DNA of 64,000 nucleotides from assembly GCA_041751955.1 (NCBI GenBank), contig JBGSIB010000050.1, forward strand, positions 59,598-123,597. The letters run 5' to 3'. Position 1 is the first letter of the stretch. The number at the start of each line of letters is the position of its first letter. Below are positions 1 through 9,155 of this stretch, piece by piece. Position numbers and translations under genes: made by a program. Source of the DNA: Crocinitomicaceae bacterium. GTDB taxonomy: Bacteria > Bacteroidota > Bacteroidia > Flavobacteriales_D > Crocinitomicaceae. The notes below the pieces were generated by a model. That model ran no database searches. It was not told the origin of the DNA and saw nothing but the letters and a program-made list of their open reading frames with translations.

Positions 1-80
1 TCTTCCTTCCAGAAACAATTCAAGAAAAAAACATCAAGCGCATAGAAAAAATGAATGCCAAAGGCATCATGATTATTTGA
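1..80 (+). CDS. 3' end of an unidentified CDS that enters from upstream of the window (ends ...KMNAKGIMII*)
   Basis: An open frame runs from base 2 to the TGA at 78-80. It overlaps the 3' end of the convergent regulator gene by 8 nt. There is too little sequence to assign a family. Confidence 0.3.
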   Translation, partial: FLPETIQEKNIKRIEKMNAKGIMII

Positions 81-948
81 TAGCAAATAGCGGTTCCAAA
101 TCTTTTGCCGTTTCTACCGAGGTAACCAATTTCTTTAATTTTTCACCTTCTAACTTCATCTGATAACCTCCAGAAAAAATGGGAATGTCACCAACATCTT
201 CTTTCATTTTTTTGAAAAGATTAAAATAATATTTGTCGTCTGTTGCAGTTAAAATTGAGGTAAGAATCGCCTTCGGCTTCAGTTTCTGTACGCATTCGAT
301 CAAGGCGTCATAGGGCAAACTTTGACCTAAATAGAAAGAATGAACACCTTTTGAGCGCAGTATGTAATGATAAAACAGCAAACTGATTTCATGCCATTCA
401 TGCTCAGGAAGAAAAAGCAAAACTTTAGGAGAATCTTTTTTCGGGATGGGCAATCCTGAAGTTGCTGCAATTAATCTTTGTCGAATCAAATGGCTGATGA
501 AATGTTCTTGACTAGGTTGAATAGTGCCCGTGATCCACATGATGCCAATTCGTTCTAAAAATGTGACCAAATGATTGCTGAACGTTTCTTCAATGCCGTA
601 TTTATCGAAAAGATAATTGATGGTTTCATGAAAAACGCCTTCATCCAATTCTATAAGAGCTAGCAATAGCTTTTCGAAATGAATATCGGCTTTCCCATTG
701 GAATGAATATCAATGACCTTATTTTTCCTTTCAATCGAAGGTAAATCAGCTATGTGCGAAATTTTCCAACCGTTTTTATTTAAAATAGCGACGTTCAATA
801 TTTCCGTTAAGTCTGTATCGCTGTAAGTCCTTATTTTCGTCTCTGTACGCTCAGGTGTCAAAATACCGTAACGCTTTTCCCATATACGAATAGTATGAGA
901 TTTTATCCCCGTTAGCGTTTCTAAATCCTTTATTTTATATTCACCCAT
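73..948 (-). CDS. MerR-family transcriptional regulator with a C-terminal cobalamin-binding domain (CarH/LitR-like, possibly light-responsive)
   Basis: The N-terminus has a MerR-type HTH (YKIKDLETLTGIKSHTIRIWEKRYGIL). The C-terminal half is a B12-binding Rossmann-like region (KVLLFLPEHEWHEISLLF...IPIFSGGY). Confidence 0.6.
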   Translation of the reverse strand: MGEYKIKDLETLTGIKSHTIRIWEKRYGILTPERTETKIRTYSDTDLTEILNVAILNKNGWKISHIADLPSIERKNKVIDIHSNGKADIHFEKLLLALIELDEGVFHETINYLFDKYGIEETFSNHLVTFLERIGIMWITGTIQPSQEHFISHLIRQRLIAATSGLPIPKKDSPKVLLFLPEHEWHEISLLFYHYILRSKGVHSFYLGQSLPYDALIECVQKLKPKAILTSILTATDDKYYFNLFKKMKEDVGDIPIFSGGYQMKLEGEKLKKLVTSVETAKDLEPLFAIK

Positions 949-1020
949 AAATTTAGTTCGAACTTTTCTTTTCGCATCACTTAAGAAAGATAAAATTAAT
1001 TCAATTATATTTGCTTCGAC

Positions 1021-1650
1021 ATGTTTCGACGTACAAATACTTTTTTATACTTCATGCAACAAATCAAAGCAACAAAATGTTCGCGTGTTTTGTTTATTGT
1101 CGCAATCAGTTTATTACTGGTTCAATGCAAAGGAGATGCTCCTGAAAAAGGAGATGAAATTGATTTAAGCGACAATTATGAAGCATTTCAGTCTTTTGAC
1201 TTAAGCCCATTTGATATTAAAGGCAGTATCATGTTGCCAGATGAATCTGCAAATATCGGTGCATCAATGGTCCCGGAAGTATTTCATGAGGAAGATGGTT
1301 TCAAATGGGACATTCAAGTAGGACTTAATTTCAAAGTTCATGTTGAAGATTGGGGTGCGAATCGCGGATTGGTTGCCGACAAAAAAAGTCAGAATGAAGA
1401 TTTAAACATCTACGAAATTCGCTACATTGTTGACGAGCCTGATTTCATCATTTACGAAACAAAATTAAAAGTGAACGGATTAAAGAATGCTTCCAAATCA
1501 GTTGGTGTTCCGCACATTTCTTATCACGTTTTTGCCGAAAAAGTTTTGGACGGTATTACCTACGAATTCCGCAGTCCAGATGAAGGCTATGAATTGGTCA
1601 TCATCGAATTAATGGCCAAAACCATACGCTCCGTAAAAAGCAATAAGTAA
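1021..1650 (+). CDS. hypothetical lipoprotein
   Basis: Long ORF with a signal peptide and lipobox-like LLVQC (the likely true start is the internal MQQIK). No recognisable catalytic motif. Confidence 0.5.
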   Translation: MFRRTNTFLYFMQQIKATKCSRVLFIVAISLLLVQCKGDAPEKGDEIDLSDNYEAFQSFDLSPFDIKGSIMLPDESANIGASMVPEVFHEEDGFKWDIQVGLNFKVHVEDWGANRGLVADKKSQNEDLNIYEIRYIVDEPDFIIYETKLKVNGLKNASKSVGVPHISYHVFAEKVLDGITYEFRSPDEGYELVIIELMAKTIRSVKSNK

Positions 1651-1890
1651 ATTTTTTGATATCGTTTTAGATACGATTTCAAACGCACCCTAAATACAGT
1701 AAAGCTGAAACCTTAATTTTAGTCTCGCTCAAGCACTTTTCTATAAAATCCTTACATCTCAATGTTTTAAACAAAACTCCAATCAAACAAAATCAGCGCA
1801 AACACGCAAAACGCAATTACCTTACATTTCTAGTTATTTCATTTTTCGCTTCATTAGTTTATCCGTAAATTTGTCCTCTCAAATCACAGC

Positions 1891-2979
1891 ATGGATATCA
1901 ATCGCGAAAATATATTGACCGTTCTTGGAGGAATCCTCGAACCAGATCTTAAAAAAGACATCGTTTCATTAAATTTTGTTCAAGACATTTCGTTTACGGA
2001 CAATTCTATAGATGTCATGGTAACCGTTTCTAATCCAGCACTGCACGCACGAAAACGCATGCAAGAAGCACTTGATTTCAATTTAAAAAGAGCTTTCGGA
2101 GAAAAAATTACAGTGACCGCTCAAGTGAAAGGAGCTTCTTCAGAAGTGCAATCTGCGCACCGTAAAATTTTGCCTGATGTTAAAAACATTGTGGCCATCG
2201 CTTCAGGAAAAGGAGGTGTAGGAAAATCTACGGTTACCGCAAATTTAGCGGGCGGATTGGCTAAACTTGGCTACAAAGTTGGTATTGTGGACGCTGATAT
2301 TTACGGACCGTCTATTCCAACCATGTTTGACGTGGTAAATGAAAGACCAACGATGATAGAAGTGGATGGTGTTCCAAAAATAACGCCTGTCATCAGTTAT
2401 GGGATTTCGATTTTATCCATTGGATTTTTCACTGAAGCAGATAATGCAGTGGTTTGGCGAGGACCCATGGCCTCCAAAGCATTGACACAAATGTTCACGG
2501 ATGCACATTGGGGAGAATTGGATTATTTGTTAATCGATCTTCCTCCAGGAACGGGAGATATTCATTTGAGTTTGGTACAAACGGTTCCTTTGGACGGCGC
2601 TGTAATTGTCAGTACACCGCAAGAAGTGGCTTTGGCCGATGCGCGACGTGGAGTGAATATGTTCCGTATGGAAAGTATTAATGTGCCTATCATTGGCATC
2701 GTAGAAAATATGTCTTGGTTTACACCAGCCGAATTGCCTGACAATAAATATTATTTGTTTGGAAGAGACGGAGCGAAGAATTTAGCGGCGGGAATGGAAG
2801 TTCCTTTTCTCGGACATATTCCTTTGGTGCAAAGTTTACGCGAGGCTGGAGATGCTGGACGACCTGCAGTATTCCAAGAAAATAGCATAACTGGAAATGC
2901 ACTTGACGAATTAGTTCGTACTTTTATAGAGAATTTGAAAGTGTTGAAAAACAAAACATTACATAAGACCGAAGCATGA
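1891..2979 (+). CDS. apbC: Mrp/ApbC-family Fe-S cluster carrier ATPase
   Basis: Deviant Walker A GKGGVGKST and an MRP/NBP35 family signature, with an N-terminal DUF59-like domain. Its stop overlaps the start of the next gene. Confidence 0.9.
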   Translation: MDINRENILTVLGGILEPDLKKDIVSLNFVQDISFTDNSIDVMVTVSNPALHARKRMQEALDFNLKRAFGEKITVTAQVKGASSEVQSAHRKILPDVKNIVAIASGKGGVGKSTVTANLAGGLAKLGYKVGIVDADIYGPSIPTMFDVVNERPTMIEVDGVPKITPVISYGISILSIGFFTEADNAVVWRGPMASKALTQMFTDAHWGELDYLLIDLPPGTGDIHLSLVQTVPLDGAVIVSTPQEVALADARRGVNMFRMESINVPIIGIVENMSWFTPAELPDNKYYLFGRDGAKNLAAGMEVPFLGHIPLVQSLREAGDAGRPAVFQENSITGNALDELVRTFIENLKVLKNKTLHKTEA

Positions 2980-3236
2980 TCTTAAACAAACCAGAATTAA
3001 CAATCAAAATAAACGATGCATTGGCCTCGCTTCGTCCTTTTTTTGAAGCAGATGGTGGAGACATGAAATTGGTCGATATCACTGATGAAGGTGTGGCACA
3101 AATTCAATTACTGGGTGCGTGTAGTGACTGCTCCATGAGCCTTATGACTTTGAAAGCTGGCGTTGAACAAGCCGTTAAGAAAGTAGCACCGGAAATAGTT
3201 TCTGTGGAAGCGGTAGAATTAAATACTTCTATTTAA
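2976..3236 (+). CDS. NifU C-terminal-domain (Nfu-type) Fe-S protein
   Basis: GACSDCSMS, a CxxC motif typical of the NifU C-terminal domain. Translationally coupled to the Mrp gene. Confidence 0.75.
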   Translation: MILNKPELTIKINDALASLRPFFEADGGDMKLVDITDEGVAQIQLLGACSDCSMSLMTLKAGVEQAVKKVAPEIVSVEAVELNTSI

Positions 3237-3400
3237 GGCGAACTGCTGTTAAAATTGTTGTCAATTCCAGCTGGAATAATAAGCTTTCGATTGGTCAAGA
3301 ATTTTGGCGCAACTATTTAATAAACAGGACTTTTTATCTTTTTTTATTTGCTGAATTGTTTTCATCCCAACTTTGTCTATTTTAGCTCAAAATTTAGACT

Positions 3401-4483
3401 TTGAGAACCATTGTTTATGCTTTATTTGTTCTTCTGTCCTATACGGTTTATGGGCAAAGAGAGTTTTTAAACAATACGCAACTCACTTTACAGTACAACC
3501 GTGGAGTCGCACTTCCAGAATATTCATTTGTCTCTTTCCTTGTTGATCAACCGATACAAAGTGTTGCTTTTAATGTATTGAAGCAAACTACAGGAAAAAA
3601 CGATTGGGAGCGATTGTATAAATTTCCAGAATATGGTTTTTCTTTTTTTTATACCAATCTAGGCAACGATCAGTATCTCGGTAAAGCCTTCGCTTTGAAT
3701 TACTTTTTCAAAATCAATTTCATTTCCAAAGAAAAATGGAAAGTCTTCAACCAAACGGGTATTGGCTTGGGCTATCTTACGCGAAAATTTGATTTGGAAG
3801 AAAATTATCACAACGTTGGTATTGGTTCGCAGGTGAATGTGCATTTTAATTTCAGGCTGGGTGCATCCTACCGATTTGCCCAAAAGTGGAGTACTGATTT
3901 CGGACTTTCATTTGATCACTTCTCGAATGGGAATACAGCAGATCCCAATTTAGGATTAAATAATGTGACAATTTTTACGGGGATTCGCCATGATTTGGGA
4001 ATTATAGAAGACAAAAACATACAAGCACTAAACCCCCATGTTCGCAAAAATAATTTTGAAATAGTGGCGAGCATAGGCGGGAAGAAAACGAGAGCGATTT
4101 CATCAAAATATTTTTTAACTTCTTCCCTAAGCGCGGGAGTCAATCGAGAATTTTTTCGAGGATTTAATTTGGGTTTGGGAGCCGATCTTTTCTATGACGA
4201 ATCGATTGAAACTCAAATGCAGGCCAAAGGGGAAACATTTCATTCTTCTAATAATTTCCAAACTGGAATCCATCTTTCACAAGAATTTAGATACAACCGT
4301 TTTAGCCTGATTTTGCAAGAAGGTATTTATTTAGGATTGACGAATAAAGGCAACAATAAAAGCATGTATAATAGGGGAATCGTTCAATTTCAATTCAATA
4401 AAAACATCTTGTTGCGAATTGCTATGAAGTCGCATTTACACATTTTAGATTATCCTGAAATTGGCATAGGAATCAAATGGTAA
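3401..4483 (+). CDS. outer-membrane lipid A deacylase / acyloxyacyl hydrolase (PagL-like)
   Basis: Signal peptide and a beta-barrel-like alternating pattern. The DHFSNG motif resembles the His-x-Ser-Asn-Gly active-site strand of the PagL family. TTG start. Confidence 0.5.
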   Translation: MRTIVYALFVLLSYTVYGQREFLNNTQLTLQYNRGVALPEYSFVSFLVDQPIQSVAFNVLKQTTGKNDWERLYKFPEYGFSFFYTNLGNDQYLGKAFALNYFFKINFISKEKWKVFNQTGIGLGYLTRKFDLEENYHNVGIGSQVNVHFNFRLGASYRFAQKWSTDFGLSFDHFSNGNTADPNLGLNNVTIFTGIRHDLGIIEDKNIQALNPHVRKNNFEIVASIGGKKTRAISSKYFLTSSLSAGVNREFFRGFNLGLGADLFYDESIETQMQAKGETFHSSNNFQTGIHLSQEFRYNRFSLILQEGIYLGLTNKGNNKSMYNRGIVQFQFNKNILLRIAMKSHLHILDYPEIGIGIKW

Positions 4484-5193
4484 GAATCGTTTACATATCG
4501 TTATTCAGCTTGCTATTTCTTTTGAGTTCTTGTCAAAAAAATAAGGCAAAAATCTCAAAAGTTATTCCTCTTGAAGCTTTTGAAGAAGTGCGCTTGAATT
4601 CACCGTTTGAAATTATTTTGGTGGAGGATACTGTTTATTTCATCGAAATAAGTGGTTTTGAAAAATCAGTAGAAAAAATAAATGTTCAGGTTGAAAATAA
4701 AATACTTACGCTTGAGAATACGTCAAAATCGAATTTTTTACACCCAAAAACCAAGGGTTTGACCATCTTTATTCATGCTTTACCATTGAAGAAAATTGAA
4801 GCCAATGAAACTTGCCACATCACTACACAAAATCCGATAACTTCTGCAGATTTTGGATTGATCATGCGAAGCAAAGCTAACTTTGCTGACCTGGAATTGA
4901 ATGGAACGGTATTTTATTATTGGAACAATTATCCGTGTGGTGGCAAATTGACCTTACGCGGAAATACGGACCAATTGAAAATTTGGAATACGGCCATTTT
5001 TTCTGTCGATGCAAAAAACTTGACTACGAATTACGGTCTTGTTGAGAACAGTTCGAAAGGAAAATGTGAGGTCAATGTAACTGGCAATTTAGAGTACAGC
5101 ATTACCGGTGAAGGTGATATTGAAGTCTACGGAAATCCAAGTATAATCGTTGAGAAAGCACTTTCTGGTAAGGGAAAATTGATCATTAAATAA
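4477..5193 (+). CDS. lipoprotein, DUF2807/GIN-domain-like
   Basis: Lipobox LLSSC. Repetitive beta-strand pattern (NVTGNLEYSITGEGDIEVYGN) typical of head-GIN-domain lipoproteins. Confidence 0.45.
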   Translation: MVRIVYISLFSLLFLLSSCQKNKAKISKVIPLEAFEEVRLNSPFEIILVEDTVYFIEISGFEKSVEKINVQVENKILTLENTSKSNFLHPKTKGLTIFIHALPLKKIEANETCHITTQNPITSADFGLIMRSKANFADLELNGTVFYYWNNYPCGGKLTLRGNTDQLKIWNTAIFSVDAKNLTTNYGLVENSSKGKCEVNVTGNLEYSITGEGDIEVYGNPSIIVEKALSGKGKLIIK

Positions 5194-5757
5194 ATGAAAA
5201 TTCTAAAGAGTTCAGATTATCAAACAAGTATTTGGACTGGAGGAACGACCACGCAGCTTTATATTTTTCCAGAAAACGAAATGTTTGCCGACAAAACATT
5301 TTTATTTCGCATTAGTTCTGCCAAAATCGAAATGGAACATTCAGATTTTAGTCAGTTTACAGATTACAAACGCTTGATCTTGACCCTTGATCGTACCATT
5401 CGATTACGACATAATGGAGGCATTGAAATGGAGTTAAACCCTCTTCAAATTCATAATTTCGATGGAAATTGGGTAACTTCTTCCGAAGGAAAATGCCGCG
5501 ATTTCAATCTAATTTTTCGTCCGGAATTAAGTGGAAACATAGAAGTGATTCATTTGAAAAAGAATAAAAAATATCTTTTTTGCCGCGCTCAGGATGAACA
5601 ATTTCGACTGACGTTTCTTTACAAAGGAATATTGAATAGCGATGATATTCTAGTTGCTGAAGAAGAATCAATTATTTTGAAGGAAGATGATAAGGAAAAC
5701 TATGAATTTGTTGCCGTGGAAGATAGCATTTTGATTTCGGTTCATATTTCTAGTTGA
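5194..5757 (+). CDS. HutD/Ves-family cupin protein
   Basis: N-terminal W-TGGTTTQLYIFP resembles the HutD signature, and the ~187-aa size fits. Confidence 0.5.
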   Translation: MKILKSSDYQTSIWTGGTTTQLYIFPENEMFADKTFLFRISSAKIEMEHSDFSQFTDYKRLILTLDRTIRLRHNGGIEMELNPLQIHNFDGNWVTSSEGKCRDFNLIFRPELSGNIEVIHLKKNKKYLFCRAQDEQFRLTFLYKGILNSDDILVAEEESIILKEDDKENYEFVAVEDSILISVHISS

Positions 5758-5815
5758 TCAACTAGCGTTTCAAACTCCATTAAAAAAGGTTATTTTTGCC
5801 CAATACGTCCAAAGC

Positions 5816-6280
5816 ATGACCAACAACGATATTCTCCGCAGACTCCGATTTACTTTCGATTTTAATGATGAAACGGTAATGAATCTTTTTCGTGACGGCG
5901 GAATAGAAGTTACGCGCACGGAAATCAGTGATTGGATGAAAAAAGAAGAAGACGAGGCATACAAAAACCTAGGTGACAAATATTTGGCCGCTTTTCTGAA
6001 TGGATTCATCACCAAAAATCGTGGAAAAAAAGAAGGTCCCCAGCCTGAACCTGAAAAAAAATTGAACAACAATATCATCCTTCGCAAATTGCGTATCGCA
6101 CTGAATATGCAAGACGAAGATATGCTGGAGATATTAGATTTAGCCGATTTGCGATTTTCCAAGCACGAATTGAGTGCTTTTTTCCGAAAACCCGATCATA
6201 AACATTACCGCGAGTGCAAAGATCAAATCGTTCGAAATTTCTTACACGGTTTGCAAATTAAGTTCAAGATCGGAAACTAA
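5816..6280 (+). CDS. DUF1456 (YehS-like) protein
   Basis: Two repeats of ILRKLR(F/I)...D(E)(T/D)(V/M)..I, the characteristic DUF1456 duplication. Confidence 0.6.
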   Translation: MTNNDILRRLRFTFDFNDETVMNLFRDGGIEVTRTEISDWMKKEEDEAYKNLGDKYLAAFLNGFITKNRGKKEGPQPEPEKKLNNNIILRKLRIALNMQDEDMLEILDLADLRFSKHELSAFFRKPDHKHYRECKDQIVRNFLHGLQIKFKIGN

Positions 6281-6517
6281 TTCCCTATAAATTCTTGTGT
6301 GTGCCGTCGCAAAACGAACCGTTGTGGCTGTTTTTACATCCACACCAAGCCACCATTTTTTTTCTGTAATTTGCTCAATGTTTGGTGAAAATTCTGAACC
6401 TTTGTGTGAACCATCACAATAAGGTTGTTTGCTCGAATGACCACATGCGCACCAAGCGTATGTTCCTGGTTCTAACTCCATTACGAAAGGTGATTTTTGT
6501 GCTATTTTCTTATCCAT
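6242..6517 (-). CDS. CDGSH iron-sulfur domain protein
   Basis: CACGHSSKQPYCDGSHKG motif. Its 3' end overlaps the convergent DUF1456 gene. Confidence 0.8.
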   Translation of the reverse strand: MDKKIAQKSPFVMELEPGTYAWCACGHSSKQPYCDGSHKGSEFSPNIEQITEKKWWLGVDVKTATTVRFATAHTRIYRELVSDLELNLQTV

Positions 6518-6619
6518 CTTGAAAGTAAATTTAATTTATTTACCAAGGTAACTAAATTTATCCAACTAAAAGCAGATTTTTACTTACTTTCGGAAAAACC
6601 TTATAAAAATTTATTCTCA

Positions 6620-6829
6620 ATGACAGCAATTATTGGATACCTCGCTTCGGCCATTGTTTTGCTTTCTTTCGTTATGAAAGATATTCGCACTTTGCGTTGG
6701 GTGAATATTGTTGGTTGCGGACTATTTATCGTTTGGGGAATTTTGATCCAAGAAATTCCTGTTATTATCACCAATGTTGGAATTGTTTTGGTGAATTTGT
6801 ATTACTTGCTGTTGAAGAAACCATCCTAA
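6620..6829 (+). CDS. small 2-TM membrane protein (YgjV-like)
   Basis: Two hydrophobic helices after an internal Met (MTAIIGYLASAIVLL...). The upstream extension in the ORF track is unlikely to be translated. Confidence 0.35.
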   Translation: MTAIIGYLASAIVLLSFVMKDIRTLRWVNIVGCGLFIVWGILIQEIPVIITNVGIVLVNLYYLLLKKPS

Positions 6830-6862
6830 ACGCGTTTTCCAAAAGAAAACTTCCTTTTTACT

Positions 6863-6870
6863 TATATTTG
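6863..6870 (+). promoter_or_regulatory. Bacteroidota-type -7 promoter element TATATTTG upstream of cysS
   Basis: Matches the TAnnTTTG consensus about 26 nt upstream of the cysS ATG. Confidence 0.3.
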
Positions 6871-6895
6871 CCACTATAATTAAGCGGTAAAGATT

Positions 6896-8356
6896 ATGAA
6901 GCAAGAAAACCTGAAAATATACAATACGCTCTCTGGAAAAAAAGAAGCTTTCCAGCCTATTCAACCGGGAAAAGTGGGCATGTATGTTTGTGGTCCGACG
7001 CTCTATAGCGAACCGCACATGGGCAATATGCGAACCTTCATCAATTTCGATTTGATTTATCGTTACTTGCTTGCTCTTGGTTTTCAGGTGAAATACGTGC
7101 GCAACATTACGGACGCTGGTCACATAACCAATAGCGCTGGCGATGAGGTCGATTCCATTGGCGTTGCTGCAAGAGCGGAACAAATGCAGTCGCTGGAAAT
7201 TGTGTACAAATACAATGTAAAGTTTCAAAAATTGCAACATTTGTACAACATGTTTCCGCCCAGCATAGAACCAACCGCGACTGGACACATTCAAGAACAA
7301 ATAGAAGTGATTGAAAAAATACTGGAGAACGGACTAGCTTATGTAGTCAACGGCTCGGTTTATTTCGATACCAAAAAATACAGCGAAAGCTTCAATTACG
7401 GGATTCTCAGTGGACGAAAAATTGATGAATTAGCTGAAGAAACAAGAGATCTCAACGCCCAAGACGAAAAACGATTTTTTGCCGATTTCGCCTTGTGGAA
7501 AAAAGCCAATCCCGACGACATGCAAATTTGGCGTTCGCCTTGGGGAGACGGAAATCCAGGTTGGCACATCGAGTGCACGGCCATGAGCACCAAATATTTA
7601 GGAAAAACCTTCGACATACACGGCGGTGGAATGGATCTGAAATTTCCGCACCACGAAGACGAAATTGCCCAAAGTTGTGGGTCATTAGGTTGTTCTCCAG
7701 CCAACTATTGGTTACACGCCAACATGCTGGAAGTCAACGGACAAAAGATGAGTAAATCCTTCGGGAATTACTTTTTACCTATGGAAATTGTGGATGGAAC
7801 TTCCAAACTTTTCGAAAAACCCTTTTCAGCGAATATCGTTCGATTCTCCATGATGCAAGCACATTACCGCAGCACGATGGATATTTCCAACGAGTCGCTT
7901 TTGGCTTCAGAAAAAGGCTTGAACCGTTTGTTGGATGCTATGAAAAATTTGGAAACACTTGCCGCTGGAGATGAATCTTCTATCGATGTTCCCAATTTGA
8001 CAGCTTCCTTCTTCAATGCCATGAACGACGATTTCAACACACCTGTTTTGGTCGCCAATTTGTTTGAAGCCGTGAAATACATCAATTCCTGCAAGGACGG
8101 AAAAGCTTCCATATCAACCACCGATTTGTCTCTTTTGAAAACCGAAATGCAGCGTTTCGTTTTCGACGTCCTCGGGCTCACCAACGAGAGCGCCCATAGC
8201 GACAACCGTTTGGCACCTGTCATGGATCTCGTTCTGGAACTTCGCCAAGCTGCTCGCGAAAACAAAGACTGGACCACTTCGGATCAAATTCGAGATGGTT
8301 TGGCAAAAGCTGGGATTGTGGTGAAAGATGGGAAAGACGGGACGGAGTGGGGTTAA
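6896..8356 (+). CDS. cysS: cysteine--tRNA ligase
   Basis: HIGH-type motif (EPHMGNMRT) and KMSKS motif, with zinc-binding cysteines. Typical length of 486 aa. Confidence 0.95.
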   Translation: MKQENLKIYNTLSGKKEAFQPIQPGKVGMYVCGPTLYSEPHMGNMRTFINFDLIYRYLLALGFQVKYVRNITDAGHITNSAGDEVDSIGVAARAEQMQSLEIVYKYNVKFQKLQHLYNMFPPSIEPTATGHIQEQIEVIEKILENGLAYVVNGSVYFDTKKYSESFNYGILSGRKIDELAEETRDLNAQDEKRFFADFALWKKANPDDMQIWRSPWGDGNPGWHIECTAMSTKYLGKTFDIHGGGMDLKFPHHEDEIAQSCGSLGCSPANYWLHANMLEVNGQKMSKSFGNYFLPMEIVDGTSKLFEKPFSANIVRFSMMQAHYRSTMDISNESLLASEKGLNRLLDAMKNLETLAAGDESSIDVPNLTASFFNAMNDDFNTPVLVANLFEAVKYINSCKDGKASISTTDLSLLKTEMQRFVFDVLGLTNESAHSDNRLAPVMDLVLELRQAARENKDWTTSDQIRDGLAKAGIVVKDGKDGTEWG

Positions 8357-8405
8357 AGCACATGATTAAACTATTACGGTCTAATGCTTGTTATGAATAG
8401 GTCCT

Positions 8406-8951
8406 TTGAATTTGGTAGCGATGAAGTACTTTTTTATTCTGGCTCTTGCCCACATTTTAGTAATCCCTATGACTATTTTTAATTTTGAACTTGGAGCTGA
8501 TATTCAGCAATGGCAGGTAGTCAATGATGGTGTCATGGGCGGATTATCCCAGGGACACTTTTCACTGAACGAACAGGGTCATGGCATGTTTTCAGGAAAA
8601 GTTTCAGTGGAAAATAACGGAGGTTTTTCTTCCATTCGTTGTGCGTTGGACAAATTAAATATAAAAGGTCTCGAAAAATTTGTGATTCGGTTGCGTGGTG
8701 ATGGCAAGTCCTATCAATTTAGAGCAAAGTCAAACAAAGGAGAGTATTATTCATACATCTTTACCTTTCCAACTACTGGAGAATGGGAAGATATTGAAAT
8801 TTCCTTGGATGAAATGTACCCATCTTTTAGGGGCAGAAAACTCAATCAACCCAATTTTTCAGCTGCTACCCTTGAGGAAATTGGTTTTTTAATCGGCAAC
8901 AAAAAAGCCGAAGATTTCCAATTGCTTATCGATAAAATTGAATTGCGCTAA
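8406..8951 (+). CDS. CIA30-family (complex I intermediate-associated protein 30-like) protein
   Basis: VNDGVMGGLSQG signature and a ~180-aa single domain. Confidence 0.65.
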   Translation: MNLVAMKYFFILALAHILVIPMTIFNFELGADIQQWQVVNDGVMGGLSQGHFSLNEQGHGMFSGKVSVENNGGFSSIRCALDKLNIKGLEKFVIRLRGDGKSYQFRAKSNKGEYYSYIFTFPTTGEWEDIEISLDEMYPSFRGRKLNQPNFSAATLEEIGFLIGNKKAEDFQLLIDKIELR

Positions 8952-9155
8952 TTGGCTAGTTGTGCTTATGACTTGACAAGCAAAGCACGACGCCTAAGAG
9001 CGGTTTGACTTAATTGCGGATACGTGCTTTGCAGAATCATTTTTGCTATATTTGAAATCTGTGCTTCGTATTAACATTTGTGTCAATTATCCGCTGGTGC
9101 GCCAAGTCGAAAAACGTTAGCAGTAATGAAATGATTCTAATTCGCTCGAAAATAG

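Noticed and set aside
2454-2954. Several 60-75-aa ORFs inside or antisense to the Mrp/ApbC gene
   Set aside because: They are embedded in a well-supported conserved CDS and are typical shadow ORFs. The same applies to the antisense ORFs inside cysS, polA, flotillin, the A2M gene, fumC and others.
8952-9155. 10-bp inverted repeat (GCAAAGCACG ... CGTGCTTTGC) separated by ~35 nt, upstream of the peptidase gene
   Set aside because: It could be a structured leader or protein-binding site. The loop is long, nothing else supports it, and it is not followed by a U-run.
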